This document shows positions 58,187 to 64,000 of a stretch of DNA of 64,000 nt, piece after piece. The first letter of the stretch is position 1. Each line of letters begins with the position of its first letter. A model generated the notes under the pieces. That model had not been told where the DNA came from, did not search any database, and was given only the letters and a program-made list of their open reading frames with translations. Origin of the DNA: Abditibacteriaceae bacterium (lineage in GTDB: Bacteria > Armatimonadota > Abditibacteriia > Abditibacteriales > Abditibacteriaceae); NCBI GenBank assembly GCA_965277285.1, contig OZ255721.1, positions 896,001-960,000 on the forward strand. Direction: 5' to 3'. A program made the translations under genes and the position numbers.

Positions 58187-59374
58187 ATGAAAGCACTTCT
58201 TATTCTCTCCGACGGAACAACTTTTGACGGCACGCTGGTTGGCGCGCCTGGCACGACGACCGGCGAAGTCGTTTTCAACACCTCGATGACGGGTTATCAG
58301 GAGATTTTGACCGACCCATCGTACGCCGGACAATTGGTGGCGCTGACTTATCCGCTGATCGGCAATTACGGCATCAACGAAGACGACATGGAATCGATCC
58401 AGCCGCAGGTGCGCGGTTTTATCGTCAAGGAAATGTGCGATGTGCCGTCCAATTATCGCTCTCAAAGCAGCGGCGACAGTTATCTATTGAAGAACAAAAT
58501 CACCGCGATTCAAGGCGTCGATGTACGTTCTCTGACCAAGATTCTGCGCGATAGTGGCGTAATGATGGGCATGATCACGACCGAACACAGCCGCGAAGAA
58601 GGTCTGCACATTCTCGAAAACCTGCCGCCGTATGACAGCGGAACTTATGCGCGCGAAGTCTCAACCAAGCGCGCCTATCAATGGCAGAATAAGCCTGCCG
58701 AAAGCAGCCGGCAGAAAGTAGGCGCAGAAACCCAGCCTCCAGCCTCCATTCCCCAGCCTCCTATTCAGTGGGAAATGCCGCTGGAAACATCGGCGCGCGT
58801 CGTCGTGCTCGATTACGGTACGAAGTTCAACATTTTGCGCGAACTGCGCGAACGCGGCTTGGAAGTCGTGGTCTTGCCTTGCACCGCAACCAAAGAAGAA
58901 ATCCTCAGTTGGAATCCCGATGGCGTGATGTTGTCGAACGGGCCAGGCGATCCGCGTTCGTTGCAAGACGAAGTGCAAACCGTGAAGGAACTTCAAACCG
59001 AAAATCCCGCGATGCCAATGTTCGGCATTTGTCTGGGACACCAGATTATGGGGCAAGCCTTTGGCGGCGAAACTTATAAATTGAAGTTCGGTCATCGCGG
59101 CGCCAATCATCCGGTCAAGGATTTGACGACTGGCAAAGTCCATATCACCAGCCAGAATCACGGCTACGCAATTGATTCGAGTACTCTTCCCGACGATGTT
59201 GAAATCACGCACCTAAACCTGAACGACAACACGGTCGAAGGAATGCAGCACCGGAGCAAGCCGCTGTTTTGCGTTCAATATCATCCCGAAGCGAGTCCTG
59301 GCCCGAAAGACAATGCGTATCTGTTCGACAAATTCGCCGCGATGGTGAAGGCGCGTAAGGAAGGCGATGGATGA
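58187..59374 (+). CDS. carA: Carbamoyl-phosphate synthase small subunit
   Basis: GEVVFNTSMTGYQE, SNGPGDP, GICLGHQ and QYHPEA. Confidence 0.97.
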   Translation: MKALLILSDGTTFDGTLVGAPGTTTGEVVFNTSMTGYQEILTDPSYAGQLVALTYPLIGNYGINEDDMESIQPQVRGFIVKEMCDVPSNYRSQSSGDSYLLKNKITAIQGVDVRSLTKILRDSGVMMGMITTEHSREEGLHILENLPPYDSGTYAREVSTKRAYQWQNKPAESSRQKVGAETQPPASIPQPPIQWEMPLETSARVVVLDYGTKFNILRELRERGLEVVVLPCTATKEEILSWNPDGVMLSNGPGDPRSLQDEVQTVKELQTENPAMPMFGICLGHQIMGQAFGGETYKLKFGHRGANHPVKDLTTGKVHITSQNHGYAIDSSTLPDDVEITHLNLNDNTVEGMQHRSKPLFCVQYHPEASPGPKDNAYLFDKFAAMVKARKEGDG

Positions 59375-59577
59375 GCAACGAGTACTCGATGGACAAAAGC
59401 GCGTTCAGCGTTGTGCCGTTGCATGACAATTCGGATGACAGAGCCTATTGGCAATCGAAAACGGGCGCGGAGCGTTTGGCGGCGCTGGAGTATTTGAGGC
59501 AAACGGCTTATGGCTATGACGCAGCTACCGCGCGACTTCAAAGAGTTCTTGAAGTTGTTAAACGAACACAAGGTTGA
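59371..59577 (+). CDS. Small hypothetical protein, partner of the nucleotidyltransferase
   Basis: ATGA-coupled to carA; YW.S....ERL.ALE.LRQ pattern. Confidence 0.55.
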   Translation: MSNEYSMDKSAFSVVPLHDNSDDRAYWQSKTGAERLAALEYLRQTAYGYDAATARLQRVLEVVKRTQG

Positions 59578-59956
59578 GTATCTGATTGTTAGTGGATACG
59601 CCGTCAGTTTTCATGGCTACCCGCGTCCCACAGGCGACATCGACATTTGGATTGCCATCAATGAAGCCAACGCCCAGCGCATGGTCGATGTTTTGCGCGC
59701 CTTCGGATTTGCTTTGCCCAATTTGTCGCCACAACTGTTTCTCGATACCAACAATATGGTGCGAATGGGAATGCCGCCGGTTCGTATCGAGATTTTGAAC
59801 GAAATCTCTGGCGTGCAATTCGACGAATGTTTCAAGCACCGCGACATCGCACAAGTTGACGACATTGCGATCAACATTCTCGCGTTGGACGACTTGAAGC
59901 AGAACAAAAAAGCCAGCGATCGTTTCAAAGATTTGAACGACCTGGAAAATCTTTAG
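59516..59956 (+). CDS. Minimal nucleotidyltransferase-like protein
   Basis: GYAV..HG.PR.T.DID and K....R.KD..D motifs. Confidence 0.8.
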   Translation: MTQLPRDFKEFLKLLNEHKVEYLIVSGYAVSFHGYPRPTGDIDIWIAINEANAQRMVDVLRAFGFALPNLSPQLFLDTNNMVRMGMPPVRIEILNEISGVQFDECFKHRDIAQVDDIAINILALDDLKQNKKASDRFKDLNDLENL

Positions 59957-59986
59957 CGAACGCATGCCATTCGAGTACTCGATTCT

Positions 59987-60418
59987 TCAACTCGCTTTAG
60001 GCGCTTTCAATAGCAACAACGGAACGTCCAATTGGTGGCGCACTTTGTCGACTGTGGTGCCGTGCATCACGTCTTGAATCAGGCGATGGCCGTGCGTGCT
60101 CATCGCCACCAAATCGACATTTTCTTCGCGCGCTGTTTTCAAAATCTCATCGGCGGGATTGCCGCGCCGCAGCACGTTGCGCACTTTGGGCGTTCGCGCG
60201 CTCAAACGTTCGCGCACCGTTTCCAGATATTCGCGGTCGGCTTTCATTTCCTGTGATTCGGCCAATTGCAGCGCATCGTAATTGCGCGCCGCCCAACCAT
60301 CGGCGACGTGAATTAGCACGACTTCGGGATGAAACAGTTCGAGAAGCGGTTCGATGTGCGATAAAATCGCGTCGTCACTGGCGCTGTTTTCCACCGCCAC
60401 CAAAATCTTGCGATACAT
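59987..60418 (-). CDS. Universal stress protein
   Basis: YRKILVAV, GNPADEI, MSTHGH and GTTVDKV. Confidence 0.9.
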   Translation of the reverse strand: MYRKILVAVENSASDDAILSHIEPLLELFHPEVVLIHVADGWAARNYDALQLAESQEMKADREYLETVRERLSARTPKVRNVLRRGNPADEILKTAREENVDLVAMSTHGHRLIQDVMHGTTVDKVRHQLDVPLLLLKAPKAS

Positions 60419-60431
60419 AAACACGCTCCTT

Positions 60432-60501
60432 TTAAGTTGAACCGCTTAAGTTGAACCGCTTAAGTTGAACCGCCCAAGTTGAACCGCTTAAGTTGAACCG
60501 C
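60432..60501. repeat. 14-bp tandem repeat TTAAGTTGAACCGC x5
   Basis: Four exact units and one CCAAG variant. Confidence 0.92.
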
Positions 60502-60669
60502 CAAGGCGCCAAGTCCGCCAAGAAAGATTTTAAGGCTTCGTCATTCTGAGCACACTGTAAATAGATTCTTCGCTGTGCTCAGAATGACCAAACTTTCGCT
60601 TTCGAGTACTCGGAAACAATAAAATTCCAAGACCATTTTTATTCTTGGCGAACTTCGCGCCTTGGCGGT

Positions 60670-62061
60670 TCATTTTCCCTGTGCTGTTTGCCACAGCAGC
60701 CACACGTTCAATCCGGCGATGACGACGGCAGCTATCCAAGCGACAATTTTGAGCCACTGCGGGTTAACAAACTCGCCCATTTTGCGCTTGTCGCTGGTAA
60801 ACATCACCAACGGGAAAACCGCGAAACTGAGTTGCATACTCAGGACGACCTGGCTGAAGATCAAGAGTTTATCAACGCCGCGATTGCCATACATCGCCGT
60901 TACAACGATGGCGGGAACAATCGCAATGCCGCGCGTAATCAAACGGCGCAGCCACGGGCGCATCCGCAAATCGAGAAAACCTTCCATCACGATCTGACCG
61001 GCCAAAGTTCCCGTCAGCGTCGAATTTTGTCCCGAACCCAGCAGCGCAACCGCGAACAGAGTACTCGCCAGCGACGCGCCAAACGCTGGAGAAACTTTGG
61101 TTAAAAGCGGCGTTAGCAGTTCGTGCGCGCGCTCGATTCCCGTCACATCGGTGTAGCCGCGTCCATGAAAAGCCGCTGCCGCGACGATCAAAATTGCGGC
61201 GTTGATGAACAAGGCGAAGGTCAAAGCGAGCGTCGAATCGAGCGACGCAAACTTGATCGCTTCGCGCTTGCCGCCTGCCGTTTGCTCATATTTGCGCGTT
61301 TGCACAATCGAAGAATGCAAATACAGGTTGTGCGGCATCACCGTCGCGCCCAAAATGCCAATCGCAATATACAGCTTTGAGAAATGGTTGGTCGAATCCG
61401 TCACGATTTCGGCGCGCGGAATAAAACCACTGAAAACCGCCGCATAGTCGGGACGTGAAAAGAACAATTCCGCCGCGAAACACAACGCGATGGTTCCCAT
61501 CAAGGTAATTACGATGGATTCCAGCATCCGAAAACCTTTGTTTTGCAACGCCAAAAGCACGATCACATCCAACGAAGTCAGCGCGACGCCATAAATCAAC
61601 GGCAAATGGAACAGCAAGTACAAAGCAATCGCCGAACCGATGACTTCGGCCAGATCACAGGCGGCGATGGCAATTTCGCAACCGATCCACAGAAATATGG
61701 CGACAGGTTTGGAATAGGCGTCGCGGCACGCCTGCGCCAGATCGCGCCCCGTCACGATGCCCAAACGCAACGACAAACTTTGCAACAAAATCGCCAGCAA
61801 ATTCGACAACAAGATCACGCTGAGCAGCAAGTAGCCAAAGCGCGAACCACCTTCCAAATCAGTCGCCCAGTTGCCCGGATCCATATAGCCGACCGCGACC
61901 AGATAACCTGGCCCTGAGAACGCCAGCAACTTGCGCCAGAAGCTCGCGTTCGGCGGCACGACGAGCGAACCATGAACTTCCGGCAAACTTTCGCCGCTTC
62001 GTTCGCGCCGCCAGCCACTTTGCGGCGGATTCTGTGGCGCTTCCACAACGTCTTCATTCAT
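60670..62061 (-). CDS. mntH: Nramp-family divalent metal (Mn2+) transporter
   Basis: [21 protein letters not shown] and GQIVMEGF. Confidence 0.96.
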   Translation of the reverse strand: MNEDVVEAPQNPPQSGWRRERSGESLPEVHGSLVVPPNASFWRKLLAFSGPGYLVAVGYMDPGNWATDLEGGSRFGYLLLSVILLSNLLAILLQSLSLRLGIVTGRDLAQACRDAYSKPVAIFLWIGCEIAIAACDLAEVIGSAIALYLLFHLPLIYGVALTSLDVIVLLALQNKGFRMLESIVITLMGTIALCFAAELFFSRPDYAAVFSGFIPRAEIVTDSTNHFSKLYIAIGILGATVMPHNLYLHSSIVQTRKYEQTAGGKREAIKFASLDSTLALTFALFINAAILIVAAAAFHGRGYTDVTGIERAHELLTPLLTKVSPAFGASLASTLFAVALLGSGQNSTLTGTLAGQIVMEGFLDLRMRPWLRRLITRGIAIVPAIVVTAMYGNRGVDKLLIFSQVVLSMQLSFAVFPLVMFTSDKRKMGEFVNPQWLKIVAWIAAVVIAGLNVWLLWQTAQGK

Positions 62062-62167
62062 CGTTTATGTCCTTTAACAAACTGTGCGCGGATTTTCTCG
62101 GTTCACAAAAGACGTATCGAGTACTCGATGCTGTTTCTGCGTTCGATTCGCGCCTGAAATCTCTGCC

Positions 62168-62872
62168 CTAATCTTCCGGTTTCACAAAAACCGTATGCGC
62201 CGGAGCGGTTCCCAGCACGCGTTTGCGACCACCGACGTGCAGATGCAAAACGCCTTCTTCAGGCACGGCGCGCATCACTTCGATTTTGGCGCCCGGCACC
62301 AATCCCAAGTCGCGCAAATGGCGCAAGGTTTCGCCGCGTTCATCGCTGGCGCGGCACATCGTCCACACCGTTCCCGAGGCGGCTTCGTCCAGGCGCGTCC
62401 AGTTATCGCGCGTCACCGTTCCATCGACACTTGGAATCGGCGCGCCATGCGGATCGCGCGTCGGATGACCCAGCGCCTCCGCCATTTTCGCCTCGACTTC
62501 CTCGCTCAAGAAATGCTCCCAACGCTCGGCTTCATCGTGCACTTTGTCCCAATCAATGCCTAAAACTTCGCTGAGGTAGGTTTCCACCAGGCGATGATGG
62601 CGAATCACTTCAAGCGCGATTTTTTCACCCGCGCTGGTCAGTTCCACGCCGCGATATGGCGAGTGAACCAGCAGCTTCAAGCCCGCCAGCTTCTTCATCA
62701 TCGAAGTCGCTGAGGGCGGCGCCACGCCCAGGCGCGACGCCAAAGCCTGCGTCGTCACCACCGAAGCCGCGCCGTCGCTCGCCTGACGCAACTTGTAAAT
62801 CGCCTTCAAATAATCTTCGCCTGCCGTGCTCAACGTCAGGCGCGAGTCCGTCAACTTATGGTTTTTAGTCAT
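62168..62872 (-). CDS. mntR: DtxR/MntR family metal-dependent regulator with FeoA domain
   Basis: EDYLKAIY, RHHRLVETYL, HDEAERWEH and DPHGAPIP. Confidence 0.92.
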   Translation of the reverse strand: MTKNHKLTDSRLTLSTAGEDYLKAIYKLRQASDGAASVVTTQALASRLGVAPPSATSMMKKLAGLKLLVHSPYRGVELTSAGEKIALEVIRHHRLVETYLSEVLGIDWDKVHDEAERWEHFLSEEVEAKMAEALGHPTRDPHGAPIPSVDGTVTRDNWTRLDEAASGTVWTMCRASDERGETLRHLRDLGLVPGAKIEVMRAVPEEGVLHLHVGGRKRVLGTAPAHTVFVKPED

Positions 62873-62917
62873 GTCTAATCTTTCCTTTAGCCTAACCTTT
62901 CCAGAGGATGATTGCAA
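62863..62917 (-). promoter_or_regulatory. Putative mntR promoter with DtxR/MntR-type boxes
   Basis: Minus strand TTGCAA -17 bp- TAGGCT; TTTAG-N6-CTAA and TTAGCCTAACCT boxes overlap the -10 and start codon. Confidence 0.55.
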
Positions 62918-63014
62918 GAAGTCGGCACGCTTTGTTCGTTGATAAGCCGCGTTCTATGTGATAGGCTTGCATGGCTTTCAACGGCGGAACAATTGGGATT
63001 TATAAAGAGCAACT

Positions 63015-63557
63015 GTGGCGCAAATAATAGATTTTTCGGCGGACGAAAACTTGGAATCATCATACGATGACGCGGCTTGGCAGCGGCAATTGGAAACTTT
63101 GCGTGCCTTGGCGCAGGTCGTCAACGATGAAAACCTGAGCGAACTCGAGATTGAACACGGCGGCGTTCAAATCACGCTCAAAGCGCCGTCTTCGGTGGCG
63201 CCGCAAGTTGTTTACGCGCCGTTTTCGGTCGGGGAAAACGCGCATATCGAGTACTCGAATGCGCCGCTTACAACCGATAACGCGCTTGGGATAGCTTCAA
63301 AAAGCGAAAGCAAAGCGCCCAGCGGAACGCCGATTGTAACGCCGATGGTCGGCTTGTTTTATCGCGCGCCCAGCCCCAACGACCCGAACTTTGTCGAAGT
63401 CGGCGACCACATTGAAATCGGTCAAACCGTCGGCTTGGTCGAGACGATGAAGGTGTTCAACGAAATCACCAGCGAAATCGAAGGCACGGTGACGGAAATC
63501 AAAGCGCTCAGCGGCGCGCTGGTCGAAACCGGTGATGTGCTGATGACAATTGGCTGA
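63015..63557 (+). CDS. accB: Acetyl-CoA carboxylase biotin carboxyl carrier protein
   Basis: PMVGLFYRAPSP and ETMKVFNEI biotinylation motif. Confidence 0.92.
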   Translation: MAQIIDFSADENLESSYDDAAWQRQLETLRALAQVVNDENLSELEIEHGGVQITLKAPSSVAPQVVYAPFSVGENAHIEYSNAPLTTDNALGIASKSESKAPSGTPIVTPMVGLFYRAPSPNDPNFVEVGDHIEIGQTVGLVETMKVFNEITSEIEGTVTEIKALSGALVETGDVLMTIG

Positions 63558-63563
63558 CGAATC

Positions 63564-63640
63564 GTAGGGGCGAAGCATGCTTCGCCCGTTCCTCGGAACT
63601 GAAGGCGTAAAATCGTGGGCAAAGCATGCTTCGCCCCTAT
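63564..63640. repeat. GTAG-type REP doublet
   Basis: GTAGGGGCGAAGCATGCTTCGCCC plus inverted copy. Confidence 0.85.
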
Positions 63641-63647
63641 ACATTTC

Positions 63648-64000
63648 ATGCAAATTAACGTTGGTATTTTAGGTTTGGGAACGGTCGGCGGCGGAACGGT
63701 CAATGTTCTGGCGCGCAACCGCGATTTGTTGCGCGCTCGGACAGGCTGCGATATTCGCATCAAGCACGCCGCGACGCGCACGCCCAGTCGCGCTGAAAAT
63801 CTGGATATTTCGAGCGACATCGTGAGTTCCGACATCAATCGAGTACTCGATGATCCCGACATTCAAGTCGTGGCGGAACTGATCGGCGGCGTCGAACCGG
63901 CGCGCGAGTACGTTTTGCGCGCGATTGCCAACGGCAAATCGGTCGTGACTGCCAACAAAGAATTGATCGCCAAGCACGGCGCAGAAATCGGCGAAGCGGC
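63648..64000 (+). CDS. hom: Homoserine dehydrogenase, runs off the window
   Basis: Hand translation: MQINVGILGLGTVGGG...VAELIGG...GKSVVTANKELIA. Confidence 0.93.
   Translation, partial: MQINVGILGLGTVGGGTVNVLARNRDLLRARTGCDIRIKHAATRTPSRAENLDISSDIVSSDINRVLDDPDIQVVAELIGGVEPAREYVLRAIANGKSVVTANKELIAKHGAEIGEA

Overview
A 64 kb bacterial chromosomal segment of mostly housekeeping and accessory genes, probably from an Abditibacteriota/Armatimonadota-like organism (inference only). It contains cax, mpg, pheST, msrA, gnd, a dioxygenase-hydrolase-flavin reductase-pncA run, a GH92, pncB, a giant NdvB-like cyclic glucan synthase, comEA, a blaI/M56 locus, ppk2, cysC, an ATP-dependent ligase, an Hsp90-like gene with three helical-repeat paralogs, an interrupted pyr operon, mntR-mntH-usp, accB and hom. 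The strongest unexplained signal is the 12-bp palindrome TCGAGTACTCGA (consensus WTCGAGTACTCGAW). By hand count there are about 58 exact and about 18 single-mismatch copies, roughly one per 1.1 kb, where far fewer than one is expected by chance. It lies inside conserved ORFs in all three frames (SSTR, [IFL]EYS, RVL[DE]), at gene boundaries, in terminator hairpins and at the edges of inserted or duplicated modules, resembling a HIP1/DUS-like iterated motif of a sequence I do not recognise. Other notable items are a split BlaR1/M56 locus with two alternative C-terminal cassettes, a RAYT transposase inactivated one codon before its catalytic Tyr and surrounded by REPINs, an in-frame REPIN within ndvB, and a duplicated pyrC 5' end flanking an inserted gene. 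All counts and alignments were done by eye. No tRNA, rRNA or CRISPR array was seen.
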